Below are positions 34,976 through 46,497 of a stretch of DNA of 64,000 nt, in pieces. The notes beneath the pieces are model-generated. The model searched no databases, was not told where the DNA came from, and saw only the letters and a program-made list of their open reading frames with translations. The translations under genes were made by a program, and so were the position numbers. Each line of letters begins with the position of its first letter. Positions within the stretch are counted from its first letter, which is position 1. The stretch spans positions 3,009,964 to 3,073,963 of the forward strand of contig NW_003314266.1 in the NCBI RefSeq assembly GCF_000143415.4, given 5' to 3'. Source of the stretch: Selaginella moellendorffii (lineage: Eukaryota; Plantae; Lycopodiophyta).

Positions 34976-37924
34976 TATTGGAACATAGTCATCACCATGA
35001 CTTATAAAGGGAGTACATAAGGATTATATCCCTTTGATTAATACATATGTGTGTCAGCTGTATATTCTTGGTATTAAAAAAGTAAAATTAGAAAGAATAT
35101 TTTTTTAAGCCAGTGTTGTAAGTGGTGAGGAGGTTGCCAAGGGGCTATTAGAACAAGGGATACTAATTTGTAAATAATGGGAAAATCTAGTGGATTTGAG
35201 GGATTAAAACTTCTTTTATCCCATAAAAATGATTTTAAATATTTTTTAATTGTTGTTGAAAGGAAGAAAAGTTTTAAGTTAGCCATTGGAAAGGAGTGGC
35301 CACTATTAAAATGGAAATAAAGCAAAGTTTAAGAAGTGGTCCTTAAAGCAAACAATAAGATATGAAAAGTGTAGAGGATTTCAAAGATGTTGACAACACC
35401 ACAAGAATAATCTTGATTAAATGAGTCAAATATGAATATTTTAAAAGTAAAAAATGCCACCACTTCAGCTGAGGCATAACAAGTGTTTCATTAAATTTAT
35501 TGTGACTAGTTATTAGCATTAAAAATAAACACATTTTGACAAATGATAAATTATAAAAAGTAATGAAGAAAGCTTCAAAGTATATTAAGAAAATGACCAC
35601 TCTTAGAGGACAAATTACATAGTATAAAGTCTAACTTTGCAAATATTATAAGGGCATTTTTTATTTTAGAGCTTTAATCAAGACAACAACATTTAGGATT
35701 ACAAATCCAGCACTATATAAATTTCATTGACATTTATGAGGGTAATTTGGAGAATTCACAAAAGAGAACTCTTTAGAAAAGTTTGTAGCAATGATTGCAG
35801 CTCAATTATTAGAAAAAGGGTCTTTCAAGCCATCAAAGGTGGTACACTCAATTAAGCAGGTAAGAAAAAAGGCCATGTGTGTTTTGTGCCTAAATTTAGT
35901 ATTGGTTTAAAAATGCGTTAGAAGGGCAACTTTTGGATTTAATGTATTATATGATAGCAAATAAGGCTTTCTTACAAAAAATAATATATAGAAATTTTTC
36001 AGTAGATGTAAGCATGGCTAATGGTGAGTCTTTACATATTATTGTTTATGAATTTGTCTATAGAGGTGTTTTGTTTATACCTAGCTTAATTTAAAATTTG
36101 CTATTAGTTTCTCAACTTATAAGTCAAAGTGTTTATTCTTGTTTTCACTGCAATAGTGTTGATTTCAAGTTCCTAAGATTTACAATTGCTAAAAAGGACT
36201 TTACTATCTCTCTTCACAACTTTAAGTATTAGTAAATATAACAAATATCACTGATGCTTCTATTTTTCATCTATGGCATGCTTGCTTTACACATGCTAGA
36301 TGGTATTAAGTTAAGGAAGTCAATTCTTTAATATATAAAGTTCCCTCCCTCAATAGAGTGACAATGGACAATTATGAAGCATGTATATGGGGTAAAATGA
36401 AGAAGAAATCCCTCTCCTAAAATGCCAAGACTCAAGGTACTTTAATTCTAGATTGAGCTTCACTAAGTAAATCTTGAATGAAAATTTTTATCATTTTCTA
36501 ATTACTAATGATTTTTATTGTTTCTTAAAAATGATTTTCATAAACTAAAAGATCAATAAGTTTCATAATTAGATTAATTATGTGGAGCACAAGTTTGCTT
36601 GCACCTTACATACTTTTTGAGTGGACAGAGTACGAAAATTAATCTCTAGAGAATTCCAACTCATCTTGCACTAAGATGGTTTTCATACATTTGGTTCTTG
36701 CAATTACTATTTAGTTGTAGAGTAGAAAAGAATGATTTTTTAAATGGAGAATTTGAGCAATTAATATACATTTAATAACCTCATACTTTTGAAGTGGAAG
36801 GCAAAGAGACTTATATGTTTAATTTAAAATAATCCATCTATAGTTTTAAACAATCCTTGTAAATTTAGTATACTACTTTAAATAGATTTTTTCCAATGTT
36901 GGGTTTGTGCACATTGGAACATTTATATTTGTCACAAAAACATTTTGGTTAGAGTATACATTGATGATTTAATTATGATAGAAAAAACACTCTCTCTATA
37001 TTAGTTTAAGGAATAACTTGTGAAATGGTTGAAAATGAAAGATCTTGGTAAGTTTTGCTTAGATTCTTGTAACAAAAAGGCATGAACACTTTCAATCCAG
37101 TATATTAAAAAGTTTTTAAGTGAATATTAGCAATTTTTCACTCAATCATATACTCATATTCCATCATTGCAAGTTCATAAAATCTCTCAAGATGATGAAT
37201 CTTGTACTGAAGTGGAGAAAAGGTAGATGCAAATTCTTTCATATCAAAATATTATAGGAGTGATGATATCTTTAGTAACAGTAAGTTGTTTAGATATTAC
37301 AACAGAACAAATATCCACTCTCAACTTGGAGTTTCAATGCACAAAGATTGAAGATATTAGTATGGATTCTCAAAAATGATATAAGATGGTGAATGTGGAT
37401 TTAGTAAGGGACTTTAACAATCAAAGATCAATAATAAAGTACAATTTCAAATTTTTTAACATTATTGTTTTTTGGTGTAGTTAAAAATAAAGAAAAGTTG
37501 CACTTTCCATCTATTAAATTGAGTATAGTATTGTGACTAAAATAGTTAAGGAATCATTGTGAATGTGAAGATTTTACTTAGACAAAAATTTTGATATTCA
37601 TAGAACACATGGAATGCAATCCTCAACCCTATTCATCAACATACACTTCAAAATATTTTGCTATTTTATATGTGAAAGGATTTAAATGAGAGAAATTCAG
37701 TTGCTCACATATCCACAACCAACTTGATAGTAAATTTATTGACAAAGACATCCTTGCTAGTGGCTCAATTTGAATGTTTATAAATCAAACTTAGGTTTAA
37801 GGGTTGAGGTTAAGTTAAGTTATAGCATATTCACTAGTGTAATTTATGAAGGTAAGAAGTATGTAAGTATTGTATCCCTTTGATTAATAAATATATATGT
37901 TTGCCTATATATTTTGTCTCAACA
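34976..37924 (+). mobile_element. Ancient, heavily decayed Ty1/Copia element with both short LTRs
   Basis: Shared LTR core TATCCCTTTGATTAATA near 35026 and 37874; termini T(A)TTG...CAACA; TSD-like GCCCC/ACCCC; PBS-like TGGTATT at 35069. Eroded motifs HLWHA, FLNGE, SIYSFKQS, YIDDLI and LLTK occur in Copia order. Confidence 0.72.
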
Positions 37925-39721
37925 ACCCCTACTTCATACAATGTTGTGAAGGGTGATGGTGTCTTAGTTGATAACAGTCATATGAAGAGTTGGAGTAGCA
38001 ATAATGGTAGTGGCATGAAATTTTGCTATAGTCATTTGGCATAATTGCCACTCTTAATCACTCTATGGGTGATTGATCAAAATGTAAGTTGTGATAAGGT
38101 GTTATGGCAATAGTGTGGTGGTGTCATAAAAGTTTGAATTTAGTAGTGTCATATGGTTGGTTGGAGCTGTGAGTAGAGAGTCGTTAGTGGTCATTATGAA
38201 AGGTTGCAATGGGGATGTGGCTATGAATTGAAATTATGGAGTTGTTGGTTGAAAGCTATGGCATCATATGTTTCTCTAAATTGTAGTTAAGTTTGAAAAC
38301 ATGTTGTATCATTTGCTTAGCATGGGGCACAAAACTAAGTTTGACATGAAATGGTCAAGATGCTTTACAAAACTAACCAATTATTTATGACCATTAAGTT
38401 ATGGTAAATGTAAGCTAGGTTGTTTTTCCACTCATAATTATTTTATTCTACAGGGTTTAGGATGATTAGTTAGGCATTACCATATTGTGTATAGGCTTGG
38501 GGGGTGAGTGTGTTGTGTTGTCTATAAACTATATTTCTTAGCTGGAGGATCACTCATGGGGGGGTTTGCTATATTGTTAACAAGCCAATAGTTGTAAAGT
38601 AGAGTTGGGAGCTAATATAATGCATGTATAAATGGCTAGTTTAGGAATATAAGTTTAGCTAGTATTTTTTATTTTTATTATTAAAATTTAACACCATTTC
38701 ACACAGTTTTAAATTCTTATAGTTCACTGTAACATTAGTTAAGTCTGAACTATATATTCTAAATAAATATTATTTCAAAATAAATAATTTTTAATTTTAA
38801 GTTATATTGTATTAAATAATCCTTGTAAAATTCACAGCTATTAAGAGTATTTACCATTAAATAAATGCCGTATGACTATTAAGGAAATAGCCACTAAATA
38901 AAGCTTCATGAGTTAGCAAAATATATGATTAAATTTATATTTAGTTTTAAAGTTCATTCATGCTAATTATTAAAAATTGAATAAATTATTTTTGAAGTAT
39001 TTTTAGCTTGAACAAGAACCTTCATTCTCTTTACTTAACATAATAATATACCTTATTGACAATTATTCATGCTTGATTATGCTATTGATTTTAAGGTTAT
39101 TCATTCAAAAGCCACACACACTATTGACATGAACTATTTTATATTTTAATTGTTTTTACAAATTTTACATTTCATAATAGTGTTTTTATACTAACATTAT
39201 TATGTTTTTTAATTCTTACTCATGCAATGTGGCATTACCCAATTTAATTTGTCTTCAAAGAAACATAAAGAATTTTAAATAAAAATGTTCTCAAGATATT
39301 TTCTAATATTGCAATTTGCATAACTATAATTTTCAAGCATATTATATTTGTGTTCACTTATAGTTATTTCCCAATTTGCAATTCAAAGCAACACTTGTTA
39401 GTTAGAGGCTTGGAACAATATATCTACTAAGGCTTGTTACCCTTAGTAGTGCCTGTAGATTTGGCAAGTGAGTGGTAGTAGAGTGTTCCTGCTATTGATC
39501 AAAGTACCAATTTGCTAGAGCTGTTGAAGCTCAATCTGCGTTGCTGCTTGCCCTGATGGATGAGAACCAGTACGGTTCACGCAGCACTCATGGACGTTTA
39601 TAAGACGTGGTTTATGCTAAAGTATTTTCCGTCCATTAAATAGGTTCTACAGCATATTCTGGTAGTCCTTAGTACTTATTCAACTTTCTTCCTAAACGGG
39701 CTCTAGTGATCATCGTTGGAT

Positions 39722-40070
39722 CTATGGGCCGCCACCGGACGCTGTCCGAATGATCTGTAGCAACGCTGCGCAGAGCATACAAATCGGAGTCAGGATCTAC
39801 ACTCTAGAACCGCAAAATCGATCGATCGACAAGCACTCGATGGATTACCTGAGCCGATGACCACGAAAATGAAGAACCCTAGAACAATTGGGCCAACTGG
39901 GTACGCGTTGCCCTTTTTGATGCTCGATTCGGGCACCGCGCCCCGCTTGAAGATGTTCTTCTGGAATTTCTGGATCTTCTTGTCGGCCAGTCGCTTGGAT
40001 GTCGTCTGCAAAGCCCAGGAATCCAAGATTTAGTCGAAGAAAAGAGAGAGAAAGAGGAAGAGCTCACCAT
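39722..40070 (-). CDS. RAMP4: Stress-associated ER protein RAMP4/SERP1 (3 coding exons, first is ATG only)
   Basis: M|TTSKRLADKKIQKFQKNIFKRGAVPE...YPVGPIVLGFFIFVVIGS|ALLQIIRTA. Confidence 0.92.
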
Positions 40071-40158
40071 TCTCTTGCCAAATTGGCTCCGCGACTTCCC
40101 CCAAACACCCAAAACCTAAATCTGTGAAGGAGAAAAATGTCAAAGAAAAAGGACTCCC

Positions 40159-40267
40159 ACGCGGACTCTGACCTGGCACAAGACGCGGCAATGACTCGGC
40201 AGGATTGCTGACGCGGACATGACCTGGCCCACGACGCGGCGATGACTCGGCAGGGATGCTGACGTGG
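40159..40267. promoter_or_regulatory. 51-52 bp tandem duplication in the RAMP4/PPR bidirectional promoter, ending in UPRE-like TGACGTGG
   Basis: Units begin ACGCGGAC at 40159 and 40211; a third begins ACGTGG at 40262. Each full unit has ATGACTCGGC. Confidence 0.6.
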
Positions 40268-40281
40268 TCTTCTTCTTCTCC

Positions 40282-41919
40282 ATGGTCGTAGCGCGCGCCC
40301 CAAATCTCGGTGGAATCGAGAGCCCGGACGAGAAGTTTGCCCCGGCACACTATGCCAAGCTTATCAAATCGTGCGCTATCTCCAGGGATCTGCTCGAGGC
40401 ACGGCGGATCCACTCGCTGGTGATCCACAGCGCGCATCGCAACAATCGCTTCCTGAAAAACCTCCTAATTGAAATGTATGGCAAGTGCCACAGCATCGAG
40501 GACGCCCGGATTGTCCTGGATCAAATTCACGAGCCCAATTGCTACACCTGGAACATCGCTCTCGCGGCATTTGCCGAGAACGGGCATCTGGAGAAAGCGC
40601 GGAAGATCTTCGAGGGGATTCCACAACCCAACAGCGTGGCTTGGAACTCTATCATCACCGCTTACGCCAAACATGAGAATCTCCAGGAAGCGAGAAGGAT
40701 TTTTGAGAAGATGCCAGATCCCAACGTGGTGACGTGGACGGCAATGATAACAGCATATGCTCAGCAGCGGCATCTTGGCGAGGCGAGAGATCTCTTTGAC
40801 CGGATGCCGGTCAAGGACGTGGTGGCGTGGACCAGCATGTTGACCGCATATGCCGAAAACGGGGATCTTGAGCAATCAACGAATCTGTTCGAAACGATGC
40901 CCCATAAAGATATCGTTGCCTGGAATGCGATGCTCGCGGCGTATTATCGGCTAGGTAATTTGGATCAAACAAAAGAACTTTTTGATACCATGCCTCGAAA
41001 AGATTCTGCGTCCTGGAATCTTATGATACTAGCATATGCCGAAGTTGGGAATATTGCCGAAGCACAAAAACTTCTTGAACTAAGTCCTTGTCGTGATGTC
41101 ACGGCTTTTACTATCCTAATCACTGCTTTTTCCCAGCACAAGAAAGTAGAGGAAGCTTTTAAATTGTTTAGGGAAATGCCTCGTCGCGACATTGTGGCAT
41201 GGAACGCTATGCTAGCGGGGTATGCCCATAACGGGCATCTTGAGGAGGCGAAACTTATGTTTGACCACATGCCTCAAAGAGATTCGATCTCTTGGACCAC
41301 CTTGGTAGCAGCATATGCCTGGAATGGGCATCTTGGAGACGCTAGAGCTATGTTTGAAAAGATGCCAAACCAAGACTACGTGACAGTGCCAACTTTGATA
41401 GTTGCGTATGCACAGCACGGGCATATTATACAAGCAAAGAATTTGTTCTCAAGAACTTCTCAAGGAGAGGTAATGTCGTGGAATGCAATGCTCACATCCT
41501 ACATTTTAGGTGGCGAGCTGCAAAGTGGTCTAGATCTTCTTTTTGATATGGCTGTGGAGGGCCTCGGTCCCGACGAGATCACGTTTCTTTGCATTCTCTC
41601 GGGCTGTGGTCACTTGGGACTCTTGGAAGAATGTAGAAAGCACTTCAAGAGGATGAGATGCGAGTATAACTTAGCTCCAGGGATCGAGCACTTTGTGTGT
41701 CTCGTTGATATTCTCGGTCGATGCGGTCAGCTCGCAAAGGCCGAGGAGCTCATCAAGACGATGCCTTTCGTTCCAAATCGTGTTTCGTGGTCCACTTTTC
41801 TGAACGCTTGCAAGATCCAGAAAAGCTCGAATCATTCCGCAGTGGAAGTCGTCAAGACGAGCCCCGATAAAAAAGACGCTGCCCCGTTTGTGATGCTCTC
41901 AAATCTCGTCACTCCTTGA
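40282..41919 (+). CDS. PLS-class PPR protein with E domain, no DYW
   Basis: Intronless, about 31-aa repeats; EHFVCLVDILGRCGQL...MPFVP..VSWSTFLNAC...APFVMLSN. Confidence 0.92.
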   Translation: MVVARAPNLGGIESPDEKFAPAHYAKLIKSCAISRDLLEARRIHSLVIHSAHRNNRFLKNLLIEMYGKCHSIEDARIVLDQIHEPNCYTWNIALAAFAENGHLEKARKIFEGIPQPNSVAWNSIITAYAKHENLQEARRIFEKMPDPNVVTWTAMITAYAQQRHLGEARDLFDRMPVKDVVAWTSMLTAYAENGDLEQSTNLFETMPHKDIVAWNAMLAAYYRLGNLDQTKELFDTMPRKDSASWNLMILAYAEVGNIAEAQKLLELSPCRDVTAFTILITAFSQHKKVEEAFKLFREMPRRDIVAWNAMLAGYAHNGHLEEAKLMFDHMPQRDSISWTTLVAAYAWNGHLGDARAMFEKMPNQDYVTVPTLIVAYAQHGHIIQAKNLFSRTSQGEVMSWNAMLTSYILGGELQSGLDLLFDMAVEGLGPDEITFLCILSGCGHLGLLEECRKHFKRMRCEYNLAPGIEHFVCLVDILGRCGQLAKAEELIKTMPFVPNRVSWSTFLNACKIQKSSNHSAVEVVKTSPDKKDAAPFVMLSNLVTP

Positions 41920-41978
41920 TCCGGAAGTTCTCGCTCAAACTTTGCTAAGTTTTTCATCACTGGACGGACGAATCGTGT

Positions 41979-44012
41979 CTAGTCCACTGCTACGATGTTG
42001 GACAGGAGAATGTACGAGGAAGTATCTTGCGAGTCGAGTGAGTGTAAGCTCTCGGCAGCTCGAGCTCCGCGAGATCTCTCTCCGTGAACTTTGGAGGCCG
42101 CGAGGAAACCCGACCAGGCAACGTTGTCGGGCGACATGGGCATGCTCTCGAGAAGCTCATTGGCTCTTTGGAGCTGGCCGGCCCTCGAGAGGCAGTCAAC
42201 TATACAGGAGTAGTGTTCCTTGCCGGGGGACAAGCCATGGTCAAGCACCATCAAACTAAAACAATGATGGCTGTCTTCGATCATTCCTAGGTGGCTCAAA
42301 CCGGTTAAGATCACAAGGAACGCTATGTGACCGGGTTTAAATCCTTCGCACTCCATCACTCTCAAAAACTCGAGTGACTTTAACACTGTGGCTTTGTTTC
42401 CTCCAAACGCAAAGGCCGTGATCACGGCAGTCCAGGAGACGATGTTTTGTAGAGGCATTTCATCAAAGAGTTTGAGCGTGGTCTCGATCTTCGCGTTCTT
42501 AGCGTAAGCAGCAAGCATTGTGTTCCAGGAGGCGGTGTCTCGCTGCGGAAGATCGTCAAAAACTCTCTTGGTTTGATCGATGTGGCCGTTTTGAGCATAA
42601 GCTCCAAGAAGTGTGTTCCAGGAGACGATGTCTTTCGCGGGGGTTAAGCTGTGGAGCTCTTGAGCTTCGCGGAGATGGCCAGCTTCTCCATAAGCTGCTG
42701 CTAGAGCGTTCCAGGAAACGGTGTCTCGCTCAGGCATCTCATCGAAACATTTTTTAGCTTCTTCTAGCTTGGAGTTTCGAGCGAGGGCGATGGTCATCAC
42801 GTTCCAGCTCGAGAGATCTCTCCGTGGACTCGACTCAAACATCTCTCGAGCGATCTGGAGGCGTCCATCCCTGGCGAGCACGGAGATCATCAAGTTCCAG
42901 ATCACGAGATCACATTCTGGAGTTCCGTCGAAAAGCTCAGTGGCTTTCCTCAAACTTCCAACTTGAGACAATGCGGTGATCATCGTAGTGTAGGAAACTA
43001 GTGACCTTTGCGGCATAATGTCGAAAGTTCTTTGGCACTCTTCAATATGCCCGGCTTCGGCATATGCAAAAAGCTGGATATTCCAAGACATGAGATTTCT
43101 TTCTGGAATTTCCAGGAATATCATTTTCGTTTCAAATGCATGTCCAGCTTGGGCATAGGCCGACATTATAATATTCCAGGAAAGAATATTCCTCAAGGGC
43201 ATAGTGTTAAAAAGCATTCTAGCGTCGCCAAGATACCCTTTTTCGGCATATGCTGTTATCAAGGCATTCCAAGTAGAAACATCTCGATCTTCCATTATAT
43301 GGAAAAGATTATTTGCCGCGTCAAGGTTTCCATGCTGTGCACACGCTGTTATCATGGCATTACAGGATATTACATCCTTCTCGGGCATTTGATCGAAAAG
43401 ATCCTTTGCCTGGTCAAGATACCCTCTTTTGGCATATGCTGAGATCATAGCCGTGGTTGAAATTACGGTCTTTCTCGGCATTCGATCAAAAAGACGCTTT
43501 GCATCCTCAACTCTATCGTAGATAATGTAGCAATTTATAAGGATATTCCAAGAGATATCGCTGTCCTTGGGAGATTCCTTGAAGATTTCCACCGCCTCCT
43601 GAAGATGCCCACCCTGGGCATATGCCGCGAGCATCGAGTTCCAGGCCACATCGTTCTTCGCGGGCATCGCGTCGAATATTCGCTTGGCGCCATGGAGCTC
43701 GCCGTTTAGGGCGTAGGCGTTGAGGAGGATGCTCCACGAGTAGATGTTGGGATCAACGATGCGATCGAAGACAATGCGCGCCTCCGCGACGCTGCCGAGC
43801 TTGCCATACATCTCCACCAGCAGATTGGCCAGGTATCGGCTATGGCGCTCCGGCGATCGCTGGATTTGCTCGTGGATCGCCCGCGCCTCCGCCAGATTGC
43901 GCGTGTTCCCGCACCGCCGGATGGATTGCGCTAGCATCTCGACCGGATCGAGGTAATCTCGCCGGAGAATTGGTGCATTGCGGTGCCCGGATTGAGCTGA
44001 TGCTTGCAGCAT
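41979..44012 (-). CDS. PLS-class PPR protein with E domain, no DYW
   Basis: Intronless 677-aa ORF of about 31-aa repeats; [16 protein letters not shown]...[12 protein letters not shown]...SYILLSN. Confidence 0.92.
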   Translation of the reverse strand: MLQASAQSGHRNAPILRRDYLDPVEMLAQSIRRCGNTRNLAEARAIHEQIQRSPERHSRYLANLLVEMYGKLGSVAEARIVFDRIVDPNIYSWSILLNAYALNGELHGAKRIFDAMPAKNDVAWNSMLAAYAQGGHLQEAVEIFKESPKDSDISWNILINCYIIYDRVEDAKRLFDRMPRKTVISTTAMISAYAKRGYLDQAKDLFDQMPEKDVISCNAMITACAQHGNLDAANNLFHIMEDRDVSTWNALITAYAEKGYLGDARMLFNTMPLRNILSWNIIMSAYAQAGHAFETKMIFLEIPERNLMSWNIQLFAYAEAGHIEECQRTFDIMPQRSLVSYTTMITALSQVGSLRKATELFDGTPECDLVIWNLMISVLARDGRLQIAREMFESSPRRDLSSWNVMTIALARNSKLEEAKKCFDEMPERDTVSWNALAAAYGEAGHLREAQELHSLTPAKDIVSWNTLLGAYAQNGHIDQTKRVFDDLPQRDTASWNTMLAAYAKNAKIETTLKLFDEMPLQNIVSWTAVITAFAFGGNKATVLKSLEFLRVMECEGFKPGHIAFLVILTGLSHLGMIEDSHHCFSLMVLDHGLSPGKEHYSCIVDCLSRAGQLQRANELLESMPMSPDNVAWSGFLAASKVHGERSRGARAAESLHSLDSQDTSSYILLSNIVAVD

Positions 44013-44051
44013 TTTTCATCCCTCCCAAGAACCCTAATTAGGGCTTTAGCG

Positions 44052-46315
44052 ATGGGGAGGAGAGGAAGGGCGACCGTTGTCGTGCTTGGCGATTTTGGAA
44101 GGAGCCCCAGAATGCAGTACCACGCCTTGTCTTTGTCGAGCCAGGTAAATCTTCCAGCTCAAACATCTCTTGCTCCAAAATCTCTCGATTTCTCTCGCCT
44201 AGGCTGGCATGGACGTGGATGTCATTGCTTTCGCAGGTAAATCTAGAGCTTTTCTTTGTTCTTTTCGATCTTATTACTATGATAGGAGCTCAACCACACC
44301 GAGCTGTGCTAGAAGATCCCAAGATTTCTCTTTATCTCATGGTAAGCTCGCTTTTTTGCTCTCTCTTTTCTCGTAACTCTCGTCCTTTTTGTAGAGCGTG
44401 CCAAGCTTTCAAAGACTTCCGCGACTGTTCTATCTACTGGCACTACCTTTTAAAATCCTTCTTCAGCTATTACACCTCTTGTGGCTTCTCCTTGTTAAAG
44501 TGCCATCCTCGGACGTTGTTCTTGTCCAAGTAAGCTAAACCATGGTTTTTTCTAGTATCACTTTGTTCTTATTTGTGACTTTCTAGAATCCACCCTCAGT
44601 GCCAGTCCTGGCAGTGGTAAAGTGGACGTGTGTTATAAGAAAGTCCTCGTTCGTAATCGACTGGCACAACTTTGGCTATACTTTATTCGGTCTTAGATTG
44701 AATCCAAGCCATATTCTCGTCAAACTCTACTTCTGGTACTACTTACTTGTAAAGTCGTATTCTCGGACGCTTATTATCGCTGCAGGTTTGAAAAGCGTTA
44801 TGGTAAAATGGCCGACGGCCATCTATGCGTCACGAAAGCGATGCAACACGAGCTTGCAGAGAACTGGGGGATCAGGTCAGGCATTCAACGTTTCTCGCAA
44901 AACACTGGCTTAACTCTTTTCATGTTCTGCAGGGCAACCGTTGTCTACGATAGATCACCCGAGTTTTTCCAACCCGCTACCTTGGAGGAAAAGCACGAGG
45001 TAAGCTAAAGTTGAGCTGTTTTTTAAATTGCTAGCGGAAACTGATGCATTTTCTTACAGCTGTTTTTAAGGCTGGATGGCTTGTTTAGGCAGCCACTGGG
45101 TGAATGGGATTGTTGTTCTGTAAGACCGGAGGAAGATGAGAACGTTCGGTTAGCATCCAGGCAGTATGTTGCTGGTCGAAGCGATTCGACTAATGTTGCT
45201 AGCTCCTCCTGGACCCTCTTCACTTGTCGGAAGTCCGCAGTGGAGGACCCGAGAAAAGAAATCCAGGAGGGCGACCAGTACTTCTATCTGAAAGAAAGGC
45301 CAGCGCTTATTGTGAGCAGTACTAGCTGGTAAGCGTGCCTCCAAACTTGTATCTCGTGTTCTGACCGTTGCAACAAATCGCAGGACTCCAGATGAGGACT
45401 TTGAGATACTGTTGGAGGCTGCTGTTATGTATGACCGGCGTGTGGCGGCATCGCTGGGAGAGCACATAGACAGTGCTTCGGGTGATAGGCGACCCATGAA
45501 GAATTCTAGATGCGTTTTCCCTCGTCTTCTCATCGTTGTTACTGGTATGATATTTCGCCTTTTCTCTCTAGTTCAGCCGGTAATTCTTTTTTTCTGTTTC
45601 TTATTCAAGGCAAAGGTCCCCTGCGACAAGAGTACGAAGAAAGGATAAGCAGGCTACGTTTACATCATGTTGCATTTCGAACGATGTGGCTCGCTGCTGA
45701 GGATTATCCTCGTTTGCTTGGTAAAATGGGTTCTAGCTTTAGGTTTCACCTGACGTGCTGGTTTTTCTTTCTTTTTAAGGATCGGCTGATCTCGGCGTTA
45801 GCTTGCATACTTCCTCGTCCGGTCTTGATTTGCCTATGAAGGTGTGAGGAAAACTTTTTATTTTTCTGACTATCTACATTCCAATGCAGGTTGTGGACAT
45901 GTTTGGATGCGGATTACCTGTGACGGCCGTTTCTTATTCATGGTAATTAGCTCGCAGCTTTTGGTTTGTTTCTTCAGCGATTATTTTCCTGTGCAGTATT
46001 GACGAGCTGGTCAAAGATCACCAGAATGGGCTGCTTTTTTCGTCTGCTTCAGAACTTGCAGACCAGTTTATGGTACGAATGTTTGTCTGTCTGCCATGAA
46101 GGAGTGACACTTCTTATGCCGCAGGATCTATTTCAAGGTTTTCCAGACAACTGCGAACGCTTGAAGCACTTGAGAGACGGAGCCTTGGCATCGGGTTCGT
46201 GTGCGAGATGGGATGACGAGTGGGAGAAGCAAGTTCTTCCGCTTATTTCCAGGTTTTTGCGACATTCTTTCATTTCTCGATGCTAACTTTCGTTTCGTTT
46301 CGGTGCAGATATTAG
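44052..46315 (+). CDS. ALG1: Chitobiosyldiphosphodolichol beta-1,4-mannosyltransferase (multi-exon)
   Basis: [47 protein letters not shown]|[34 protein letters not shown]. End assumes splicing at the 46308 acceptor. Confidence 0.93.
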
Positions 46316-46497
46316 ACTCGAGGCAATGTACATACACCCGAGAGACTGGTTTAACGAACTTTCGTTGGTAGAGCAGTGTTTTGAACCTCGGAATTTAATT
46401 GAACGAACAAGATCTTGCAAGCTTGGACGGCGTCGATGGCTTTGCTCCGAGATGGTTTCGCACCCTAGGGTTCGCAGGAAATGCAAAGTGGACCACG

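Noticed and set aside
37930-39450. AT-rich block after the second Copia
   Set aside because: Likely further eroded repeats; no termini or coding motifs I can defend.
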